Position numbers and translations under genes: made by a program. A DNA stretch of 63,373 nucleotides, filler included, from Archaeoglobus sp. JdFR-37 (GTDB lineage Archaea > Halobacteriota > Archaeoglobi > Archaeoglobales > Archaeoglobaceae), in assembly GCA_002010215.1 (NCBI GenBank). It is 3 parts of 3 records of this genome, joined end to end, with 100 filler letters (N's around TTAATTAATTAA, not from the genome) between each part and the next. Parts side by side here need not be neighbours in the genome. Positions count along the whole stretch, not along the records: positions 1 to 24,452 come from MTMY01000012.1; positions 24,553 to 48,283 come from MTMY01000041.1; 1 more part is not named here. One strand, given 5' to 3'. Positions 21,994-30,941 of the stretch are shown here, piece after piece (position 1 is the stretch's first letter; each line of letters opens with the position of its first letter). The notes beneath the pieces were generated by a model, which did no database searches, had not been told where the DNA came from, and worked only from the letters and a program-made list of their open reading frames with translations.

Positions 21994-22833
21994 ATGCAAA
22001 TTAGCGGCGTTAAGTTTGGTGATAAAGTAGTGCTGATTGGTAGTATTTTTTACTCCAAGCATCGCATAGTTCACGATGTAGGTAAAGGAATTTTTGATCG
22101 GGATCGAGCTGAGAAGCTCATAAAAAAGCAGGAAGAGCTGGAGGACAGGTTTAGAATTCAGGGAATTCTGGATGTGGTTGCTGAGAGTGGGGAGGCACTG
22201 ATAAACTATGTTGATTTCATTGCAGAAGTGACAGACAAACCCTTCATACTGGATGGCTACGTTGAGGCGAGGGTTGCGGCTTTAAAGCATGCAGCCGAAG
22301 TCGGACTGCTTGACAGGGTAATCTACAACTCCATCAACCCCATAAACACGAAGGAGGAGGTCAAGCTTATCCAGGAGCTTGGAGTGAAAAATGCGGTAAT
22401 TTTTGACTATGACCCCGCCTATACGTCACCCCACAAAAGGCTCATGCTGCTGACGGGCGATGGCAAAAAAGAGGGGCTGATACCGAAGGCCAAAAAGCTT
22501 GGCATTGAGAATATGCTCATAGATGTGGTTCCAACCGACCTTAAAAGCCTTGGAGAAGTTATGGAGTCCCTGCTGCTTGTGAAGTCTACCTTTGAGCACC
22601 CAGCCGGATGCGGTCCGGCGAACGTCTCCTATTACATGGCAGATTTTCTTAAAAAGGAACTGGATGTGAAGATACTCGTTAGCAGCGTGGACAGCATAGC
22701 TCAGCTTTTCAGCGATTTCATCTTCTATGGCCCAATCGAAAGAGCACCAATAGCCTTCGAAAGTGCTTACGTTGTGGAGGAGGTCAAGGAAGGTCTGAGT
22801 GTTGAATTCCATAAGTTGATGGGGTTGGGGTGA
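21994..22833 (+). CDS. MtrH-family pterin-binding methyltransferase (stand-alone)
   Basis: VLIGSIFYSKHRIV...GIFDRDRAEKLI, IYNSIN, PAGCGPAN and DFIFYGPIE match the MtrH/MtxH/MtgA family; no mtrA-G nearby. Confidence 0.88.
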   Translation: MQISGVKFGDKVVLIGSIFYSKHRIVHDVGKGIFDRDRAEKLIKKQEELEDRFRIQGILDVVAESGEALINYVDFIAEVTDKPFILDGYVEARVAALKHAAEVGLLDRVIYNSINPINTKEEVKLIQELGVKNAVIFDYDPAYTSPHKRLMLLTGDGKKEGLIPKAKKLGIENMLIDVVPTDLKSLGEVMESLLLVKSTFEHPAGCGPANVSYYMADFLKKELDVKILVSSVDSIAQLFSDFIFYGPIERAPIAFESAYVVEEVKEGLSVEFHKLMGLG

Positions 22834-22837
22834 TGAT

Positions 22838-24316
22838 GTGTCAAATATGGATGTCACAGAAAAAACCCTGAAAGAGGCTTTAAGAGCTCAGGAGGAGTGT
22901 GTTAGAGCGATAGATGCTCATAGATTTGAGCAATTCAAGTTTTCACATGCAGAGGGTTTTGTAAGGGTAGTCGAGGAAATGAAAATTTATGAAGGACAGA
23001 GTGATGATGCGTTCCAGCTCTACCGCACTTCCCTTCTGCTTCATTACAGCATTCTGACGTCTCTTACCGAAACCGTAATGCCTAAGGAAACGGCCTTTCT
23101 TGAATGGATGCAGACTCCTGCCACTATGGAGATCCTTTTCAACCTCGACTCGTCATTCAGAGAAGCAGTTGAGGAGTTCTGCAGAGTTATTGAGGGGAGC
23201 GAGGATGTAATAGCAAAAGAGGCAATGAGGCTGTCTTGCGGGTTCTATGGCGTAACATCGGCAAAGGACTTTGCTGCCATCCCTGGCTCTACTTTCAAAG
23301 TCCTAGCCGAGATTGCTGAGCGAAGCAGCATTGACAGGGATTACAAGCTGACGATTCTGTCATCCAAATCTTGGGGACTCAACACGTCCTACGTTTTTGG
23401 TGATGCCTTCAACCAGACCTTTGCAGCAACTGGCGACGTAGAAAAGGCCATCCAGAAAGAGATTGAGGCAATGAAGTCCATGCTTCTCAAGCCTGTTGAG
23501 ACCCAGATATCAATCATGAAAAGATTTAGTTTCTCATCTTTCAACCCTGCTGAGTATTTTCAGAAGTACATGGAGGAATTCAGGCCAATGGTGGAGAGAG
23601 CATATAAAGAAGGAGTCCATCTAGCAAACATTGTCATGCTTCCAACTCATGTGGGCGACGTAGGCCACCACATTGGCTGGCAGTATTACCACATATGCAG
23701 GGATGAAGCAAATATGGAGTTGCTGAGGGTTCAGCTTGAGATGTTGAAGCTGAACATGCAGAAAGCCTTTGATGCCGGCAAAATCTCCAGCGTTTTTGAT
23801 GTTTCCAGCTTCGCTACGGGAATATCTGCCATGGTCATATACAGAATGCTGAGCGATGAGGGCTTTACAGCAGATATGCTTACACGCCTCTTCACAGAAA
23901 GATTCTATCATAGCATAATGGCCAAGCAGTTCGACAGGATGATGGTTAATGAATTGCATGTCAACGACTTCTTGGACTTCGCCTATAGGGGCAAAGGTCT
24001 GGCGAAGAAGGGGTGGAAGATAAAGGGCTACGAGGTAGACTTTACACCCTACATCAATTCGGAGATTCTGAACTCGGGAGAGCTCTATGCCTTCCCGTTC
24101 TGTGCAATCACAACGAAATTCGCAGTTCTGATGAAGTATGTTGACATGCCGTGTCTTCTCGCCCCTGAGCCCCCCAGCATTGTGGCAATGATAAATGCTG
24201 TTGCAATGGCTCCCGAAAAGCCCTTCGCTCCGGTTGAACTCTGCAAGGGATGTGCAACTGCAGCAATACAGCCGAACCGGTGTATGCATTGCAAGGCTGA
24301 GAACTTGGGTCTCTGA
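22838..24316 (+). CDS. DUF2193 family protein
   Basis: HYSILTSLTETV.P, QTP, GFYG...DFAAIPGST, SKSWGLNTSY and GDVGHHI blocks; C-terminal CX2C-X9-CX2C. Confidence 0.8.
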   Translation: MSNMDVTEKTLKEALRAQEECVRAIDAHRFEQFKFSHAEGFVRVVEEMKIYEGQSDDAFQLYRTSLLLHYSILTSLTETVMPKETAFLEWMQTPATMEILFNLDSSFREAVEEFCRVIEGSEDVIAKEAMRLSCGFYGVTSAKDFAAIPGSTFKVLAEIAERSSIDRDYKLTILSSKSWGLNTSYVFGDAFNQTFAATGDVEKAIQKEIEAMKSMLLKPVETQISIMKRFSFSSFNPAEYFQKYMEEFRPMVERAYKEGVHLANIVMLPTHVGDVGHHIGWQYYHICRDEANMELLRVQLEMLKLNMQKAFDAGKISSVFDVSSFATGISAMVIYRMLSDEGFTADMLTRLFTERFYHSIMAKQFDRMMVNELHVNDFLDFAYRGKGLAKKGWKIKGYEVDFTPYINSEILNSGELYAFPFCAITTKFAVLMKYVDMPCLLAPEPPSIVAMINAVAMAPEKPFAPVELCKGCATAAIQPNRCMHCKAENLGL

Positions 24317-24345
24317 TGGTTTAGTTTATTTCAAATTTATGTAAC

Positions 24346-24452
24346 TCACATATTCACCACATTCCTCGCCTCCTCCCCCTTCAGAACCCTCACCACGTTG
24401 CTCAAAGCTTCATTCAAAATCCTAAGCCTCGCCTCATTCGTAGCACCTGCAA
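24346..24452 (-). CDS. C-terminal fragment of a D-2-hydroxyacid dehydrogenase (cut by the gap)
   Basis: AGATNEARLRILNEALSNVVRVLKGEEARNVVNM*. Confidence 0.75.
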
Positions 24453-24552
24453 NNNNNNNNNNNNNNNNNNNNNNNNNNNNNNNNNNNNNNNNNNNNTTAA
24501 TTAATTAANNNNNNNNNNNNNNNNNNNNNNNNNNNNNNNNNNNNNNNNNNNN
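24453..24552. other. Assembly gap with artificial stop-codon linker
   Basis: 44 N + TTAATTAATTAA (24497-24508) + 44 N. Confidence 0.98.
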
Positions 24553-26849
24553 CTGTTCAAGTTCGCGTGGATGCTGGATTTCATGGCGTTAACGTCGACA
24601 TGCTTGGGAGCTATTCCTCCGGTGTCGTGGCATGAAACACAGTCTGGTCCGCCGTTAACACCCTCACCAACCTGATGGACAAATTCAGCTATTGTTGTTG
24701 CAGATGGTGCCACGCTGCCGTGGCACTGTTTACATATGCTATCAGTATAGCCCTGGGAGGTTATGACAGACGTGTGATTATACCATTCCTTTCCAGCAGA
24801 GTTTATTGCTTTTCCTGTGTTGTTTGTGTCTGCCAGTGGAGGAATCGGTGAGTAGGCAGTTCCATTGTAAGAGGGATTGATGTTGGATGATACGTGGCAG
24901 TTTGCACACCACTGTCCAGTCATGTCTTTTGCTCCATCAGCCACGTAAATCACTCTGCCCATTGCACTTGATGTATGGGTAGCTTTGACAACATCTCCCT
25001 CTCCGTGACAGAAGAGGCATGCAGCATTGTCATCAGCTTGAGTCCAGTAGTTGCCCCAGTTCTGACCTTCCCATGTCGCATTTCCGTGCTGGAAAGCGTA
25101 ATCGCCGATGTAAGGTGGATACATTGTGTATGTGCCGGTTCTTGTGGTGTATTGCTTGCCTGAAGCAGCTGAATTTGCGTGACAGTCTGTACACTTCACA
25201 GCATTGGCTCTGCTTGTTGTGTAGGTTGTCAAATCAGTACTGAGATATCTTGCCCCTCCATGTGGCGATGGAGAGTGACAGACATCACAAGGCACGCTGT
25301 TGTTATGCTTTGCGTCAACCTGTGGCGGACTCAGAGTGAATGTGCTCTGGATGTAGTTCTTGACCGCATCGTTGACTCCCGGGACGTGACAGTCCTCACA
25401 TCCAACAGCCTGAGCCTTGTCCGTCGAATATCCAGCGCTATGATTAAGGAACGTTATGCTGTGGAAGTCTGTGTTGTCGTGGCAGACAAGGCAGTCAACG
25501 GTTCCGTTGTGCTTCGCCACGCTATAACCAAAGTTATCTGTCTGGGGCTGGTAATTGTTGGTGTAAGCCTGGCTGTCGTAGCTTGTAAGGCTGTTGAAGA
25601 AGTTAGATATGCTTCCTGAGGTATGACATGCAGTACAGTCGTTCTTTGTAACTGCATTTGCAGAGCCAAGAGTTGTGTAGGTTGGCTGTGTTCCGGCAGT
25701 CTTGTCAAGAATGCCTATGCTGTGGGCATCTTGGCTGTGGCAGGCAGTACAGTAGACGGGGTTGGTTGGGGAGTGCTTTCCTTGGGATGTGTGGCAGGTT
25801 AGACACTGAGAATCTTCAGTGTATGAGTTTGAGGTTCCAGAAACAACGGGCTTCCATATATCATGGCCGGGCCCATGGCATGTGAGACATGGAATTGTCT
25901 GTGAAGGAGTATGAGCCTTGCTTGGCTGTCCTGTGCTGGTGTCGAGGGAGTAAATAGTCCTGTAGTTGCCACCAACGCTGTAGCCAGTTGTTGTCAGGAT
26001 TTCAGTAAGTTTGGTATTCTTTTGGGCGTGACAGCCGGTTGTATCATAGCATCCAGCTATTTCTGCCCTCTTGTTTCCAGTATCCGCATTTACGTGACAA
26101 TCCTGACATTTTTTAACACCATTGTGAATATCGTCGCTATACTGGGTTTTCTGAGTACCTTTAATATAATTCTTGTCATTATAGGCATTTGGATCATAAG
26201 GGACCTTATCATAACCTTGGTGGCAGGCTGTACAAAATCCATTTACCATTGGTGCAGAGTGATCTCCTTTCAATGGGTTCCTGTGGATATCAATACCTGT
26301 TGTGTATGGTGACTTCTCAGAATACCACCCGTGTTTGGATACATCTTCCTTTCCATGACAGTTGGCACAGCCCCACCAGTTATAGATAAATGTTTTACTG
26401 GCAACAAGATTCTGTCCGTTTACATTTGCTGAAGCTTCAACGGTCCAGTAACCATAATAGTTCTTAGCGTTGAGATTGTAGCTGAATGAAGCTACACCAG
26501 AGCTGTCAGTCGTTACAGTTGTTGTATATGCTGTACTCCCATCAGGTTTTTTGACGGTGAACGTAACACTCACACCAGGGATGCCTCCGTTATTATCAAT
26601 AACCACTGCATACCCTCTAATTGTCGTTGCTTCTCCATTCCAGTAATCAGTTCCCCAGTTTCTTGGTGGGGTTTCGAATCCGCTTCCTTTCTGTCCACTG
26701 TTTGGATCATCGAGAATTACAAGTCTTGATAGGTTCAGTTTAAGAACTGGCTGAGCCACAGCACTCCCCGAAATCGCTATCACCATAGCTACTGCTAAAA
26801 CTATCAGTAGAACTGTTCTTTTTTTATTTTCCAAACACATTATTTTCAC
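24553..26849 (-). CDS. Large secreted multiheme c-type cytochrome, 3'-truncated by the gap
   Basis: Signal peptide, Ig-like N-terminal region, 15 CxxCH plus one CX5CH in about 765 aa; no stop before the gap. Confidence 0.93.
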
Positions 26850-27071
26850 CCCAAAACCCCCGAGTTGGGGGTGCGAAATTTACTTTTACCTGCAGTATAA
26901 ATTTTTTCTCACATCTACTTAAAAGTTACGCATTATAATTATAATAGGGATGTGGTTAAGTAATTTTTGAAAATAATAATGTTGGTATGGACATTGTGGC
27001 AACCACACAAAGTAATCAAATAACCAAAAATACCAAAAAAATTTATCACCCAGCTATGCATTGGGAAACTC

Positions 27072-28244
27072 ATGAAGATTCATCACATCATTATTTTGCT
27101 TGCTTTTCTTATTCTTTCTGCACCCTCATCCGCTTGGACAGAACCGGAATTAATAGGTGAGGGAAGTTACCCAACAATCGCTCAGGATGCAGATGGAGTT
27201 TACTGGCTCGTTTTCAATAAAGCCGACGGGCTGTATATTAAAAATTCAACAGACCTGAAAAACTGGAATCAGGCTTACAAATTGCCCTTCTCAGGCCCTG
27301 GGGACTTCGATGCTTACATGAGAATATATGACGGCAAGTTTTATATAGCGTTCACTAGACACAAAATCGTTGATCCGGACTCTTTCTTTGGTTTTGACTA
27401 CGATGTTTATCTTGCCGTAGGAAATGGAAAAGACTGGGAAGTCTATGCAATAAATAACAACAACTCAAGCGTAGATTGGTATCCTTACATTTATCGTGAC
27501 CCCTCTGGCAAATTCTGGCTGGTTTACAGCAAAGATTACAAGGACGGCAATGGTTCTAGTATTGTTGTTAGGTATTCTGCTGATGGTGTGAGCTGGAGCA
27601 AAGAGTATCCGGCAATACCTCCTTCAAACGCCCTATTTGGGAGCCTTCTCTACGTTAAGAATAAATACTGGATGGTTTATGCAGTATATACTGGAAATTA
27701 CAGCATACCATCCCTTATGAACAATCACGACCTCTTCATTGCTTACAGCGATGATGGCATAAACTGGAAAAAAGCAGCCAGGCTTACAGAGGTTCCACCT
27801 TACAACTTCAGCCTTTATGTTGATGCAGAGACAGATGGTGAGAACATCTGGGTAGCGTATACATCAACTATTGAGGGGAATGAAGAGGTTTACATTATGG
27901 GTTCTCCCGATGGCAGTAGCTGGGATAAAGCGAAGAGGTTGAGCAGGAATATTGAATATATAGCGAGCCTCGAAAACCCCTATAATTTCAAATGTGATCA
28001 AAAAGATTTGCTGATTGACAGAGATGGCAGAGCTATTGTGGTCTATCAGTCAGCAATCTATCCGAAAACTACACTCTGGATAACCTACGGCAAACCGGAG
28101 TTAGGAGATATAGTCATGACAGTGAATTACAACATATCACTTCCGTATAGTTCGGAAAAAGAAAGTAGAAATATACCCGCTGGTATTGGCACCGCTCTGG
28201 CTGCTCTTGTGATGGCAGTTTACATTAGAAGAAGGGGGCAGTAA
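27072..28244 (+). CDS. Secreted sialidase-like / BNR (Asp-box) beta-propeller protein with C-terminal anchor
   Basis: Signal peptide; Asp-boxes STDLKNW, SADGVSW, SDDGINW and SPDGSSW; C-terminal IPAGIG-TM-RRR. Confidence 0.8.
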   Translation: MKIHHIIILLAFLILSAPSSAWTEPELIGEGSYPTIAQDADGVYWLVFNKADGLYIKNSTDLKNWNQAYKLPFSGPGDFDAYMRIYDGKFYIAFTRHKIVDPDSFFGFDYDVYLAVGNGKDWEVYAINNNNSSVDWYPYIYRDPSGKFWLVYSKDYKDGNGSSIVVRYSADGVSWSKEYPAIPPSNALFGSLLYVKNKYWMVYAVYTGNYSIPSLMNNHDLFIAYSDDGINWKKAARLTEVPPYNFSLYVDAETDGENIWVAYTSTIEGNEEVYIMGSPDGSSWDKAKRLSRNIEYIASLENPYNFKCDQKDLLIDRDGRAIVVYQSAIYPKTTLWITYGKPELGDIVMTVNYNISLPYSSEKESRNIPAGIGTALAALVMAVYIRRRGQ

Positions 28245-28479
28245 TCTTTGGGTGGGCCGAGAAATACGATTGAAGTCGCTAGTATGCAATATAAGGCTGT
28301 CAGGGAGTTGAATGCTGGGAATTGGAAACAATTTTTGGTAGGGTACTAAGATAATATCTCCGCCCTAACGAAAAAGCACATCTTCACCACTACTTTTCCG
28401 AAAGAACTGAACCCAAACTCAAAATCATTATCCGAAATCTGGCAAATTTTATATTCTTCAAGTCTCAAAACAAGTGTTA

Positions 28480-29286
28480 ATGAACATGGCCGAAAATGTT
28501 ACTACAATAACATCAGCCTTTGTTGGAGTTCTGCTACTGATGGCATCCCTCTACTCCCTTTACGTTGATTATTCCTCAATGCGTCCTGAAATATATGTTG
28601 CCATAGATTTTGTTCTTGTAATAATTTCATCGATTATCCTTGGTGGTAGCCTCAAGTTGCGTAGAAGGATGACTGCTTACACTGTTGCAGCCAACAGAGC
28701 GTTTGATGAAGTTATCTACAACCGGCTGAGGCCAATCATGGAAGAAGTGGCCATTGGTATTTTAGAGGTTAATGAAGTTAAAACAAAAATGGAATCGCTG
28801 GAAAAGACAGTTGCTTCACTTGAGGATAAATTATCTGTGAGAGCAGTAGCCCCTGAAACTGGAACAGCAGCATTCTACATGAAAACGATTATAGCCATGC
28901 TTGTGTATTTCGGCACGTACCTCTTCATGATTCAGTTCACCATCCCTTATGAAAACTACCTCTACATCCTCCTTTATGCTTACTGGTGGTTCTTCTTTAC
29001 ATTTGAATATCGAGTCCAGCATAGGACTGAGGCCTGGATTGCCCTCAGCATCCCGGTTTTGCTGGTCCCTGCCGGGTCAATTCTTCTGAGAGTGCTTGTT
29101 GGATTAACAATGCTAATGGCAATTGTTTTCCTCACCTCAATGATCTACGGGTACCTTTACTACCGCTATGCCAGAGAACTCAGAAAAGAGGAGCTGATAA
29201 AGGAGAGCGCCGATGGTTTCAGAAGGGAACCGTTTTTGAAAAAAATTGTAACTGACCTGATAGAATACTTGAAACCGAAGAGTTAG
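28480..29286 (+). CDS. Membrane protein with a central coiled coil
   Basis: 2 TM, coiled-coil segment, then 4 TM. Confidence 0.78.
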   Translation: MNMAENVTTITSAFVGVLLLMASLYSLYVDYSSMRPEIYVAIDFVLVIISSIILGGSLKLRRRMTAYTVAANRAFDEVIYNRLRPIMEEVAIGILEVNEVKTKMESLEKTVASLEDKLSVRAVAPETGTAAFYMKTIIAMLVYFGTYLFMIQFTIPYENYLYILLYAYWWFFFTFEYRVQHRTEAWIALSIPVLLVPAGSILLRVLVGLTMLMAIVFLTSMIYGYLYYRYARELRKEELIKESADGFRREPFLKKIVTDLIEYLKPKS

Positions 29287-29308
29287 ACCCAACCACTCTA
29301 AATCATTT

Positions 29309-30040
29309 CTAAATCACTCCAGCACTTTCTTTGAGACTCTTCCCGTACATCGCCACAGCATGGTTCATTACTATTGCAAATGCTGCCAGAAAGACTCCAC
29401 AAACGTATTCCACACATTCAGTCGAATAAATGAGTCTAGAAAAACCGAAAAATGCGATGGCTATGGAAATACTGAAAATAAATTCTGTAACATCCGATAA
29501 GACGATAATACCTCCTGACTCGATGAGAGAGACATATTTCGTCACTATATATGCTGTATAAGCTATCAAGATAATAGAAACTACAAAAACACTCTGCATG
29601 GCATAAGATACTGCCCAGAGGAGTCTGGGATATTCTTCCACCAAGAAACGCAAATATAGCCAGATTATCGCAAAAGTTTCAACAATAATGATGCTTCTCA
29701 AATTTACCCTCGGGATTAACCCCTCCACTCCAGCAACAGTAAAAACATCTCTCAACACAGCAATTTCCACAATCATCATCAGGATAGCTGCCAAATCAAA
29801 AACATACTCCTCAATTACCCCAACCACCCCTCCTGAATCAAGAAAGAGAAAGCCCAAAAGCCACATGCTTCTGACTAGTGCAATGGAGAAAAGTGCCGCA
29901 AGCAAGACTACCATATACAAAAATATCCTTTTCCAATAATTTGAGAGCATTTCCCTCTGACTATCTGAGAGGTTGAGGACTACTGCCGAAAGGTAAAGTG
30001 AGAAGAGGGCAAGGATGAGATATGTTATTGTTGTAATCAT
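29309..30040 (-). CDS. Polytopic membrane protein (about 7 TM), possible paralogue of 17569-18282
   Basis: Hydrophobic 243-aa ORF; TTTAAATA box upstream. Confidence 0.78.
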   Translation of the reverse strand: MITTITYLILALFSLYLSAVVLNLSDSQREMLSNYWKRIFLYMVVLLAALFSIALVRSMWLLGFLFLDSGGVVGVIEEYVFDLAAILMMIVEIAVLRDVFTVAGVEGLIPRVNLRSIIIVETFAIIWLYLRFLVEEYPRLLWAVSYAMQSVFVVSIILIAYTAYIVTKYVSLIESGGIIVLSDVTEFIFSISIAIAFFGFSRLIYSTECVEYVCGVFLAAFAIVMNHAVAMYGKSLKESAGVI

Positions 30041-30186
30041 GATTAAGTTTCATAGTCTAGAGGTATTTAAAACTTTCATCCAAGCAACTGGAATCAGCTG
30101 GAATAATAGACCTTGATGCCAAGTTAGTACCAGCATTTTCCGACATCTCCCGAAAGGATTTTATTACCTCACACTGAATATATCAT

Positions 30187-30294
30187 ATGGAAGCTAGCAG
30201 GAAATTTGACGCTTACGATGTTTTCTTTGCAGCATCGATTCTTGCAGTCATGCTGACCTTTCTCTTTATCGCCCTGAAATACGGGATTGGATAA
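30187..30294 (+). CDS. 35-aa single-TM small protein
   Basis: MEASRKFDAYDVFFAASILAVMLTFLFIALKYGIG*; BRE/TATA-like CGAAAGGATTTTATTA about 20 nt upstream. Confidence 0.55.
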   Translation: MEASRKFDAYDVFFAASILAVMLTFLFIALKYGIG

Positions 30295-30428
30295 AGTTTC
30301 AAGAGTTTCAATAGAATTTCAAAAATTATTTTTCTTGAGTGAAACATGAATTCAGAATTTGGGAAACAACAATAGATTTTTCGAACCAAAATATTCTTAT
30401 TCACTTAATCTGATATAATGAAACTGCA

Positions 30429-30513
30429 GCGGGGGTTGCCGAGCCAGGCCAAAGGCGGTGGACTCAAGATCCACTCCCGAAGGGGTCCGAGGGTTCAAAT
30501 CCCTCCCCCCGCA
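30429..30513 (+). tRNA. tRNA-Leu (CAA)
   Basis: GCGGGGG...GTGGA-CT-CAA-GA-TCCAC, long variable arm, GGTTCAAATCC...CCCCCGC-A. Confidence 0.97.
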
Positions 30514-30941
30514 TGATTTATTTTTGGATTCTAAAGAATTCTCGAAGCCTGTTCTTTAAGAATGCATACAAATTAATCTGGTCAGGGGGTTACACGAGAG
30601 CGGAAGGTTGAAAAGGGTGTATGGGAGTTGTTGGTTGAAGCAAATTACATATCTGCCATAATTTCAAAATAGATCTCTTTTTTACGCCCTATTTTTATTT
30701 GCTCTTTTTCATGAAGCTTGTCATAAGGAATATTCTACACACACTTTCAGCAAACTCATTAAGGTCTGGAAACTCTTCAGGTTTTTTAACTTGTTTAAGA
30801 TAATTCCAAATATATGATCTCACAATCTCTTCGATGCTCACAATAAGATATTTCTTCCATTTTTAGAGTCTATATCTACCCATCCTACATGCGTGACAGG
30901 GTCCTCAGAACAGACACTCCACAGCAAAAGCCACTCCCAAG

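Noticed and set aside
24497..24508. TTAATTAATTAA palindrome inside N runs (also 48328-48339)
   Set aside because: Artificial contig linker with stops in all six frames; adjacency across it is not biological evidence.
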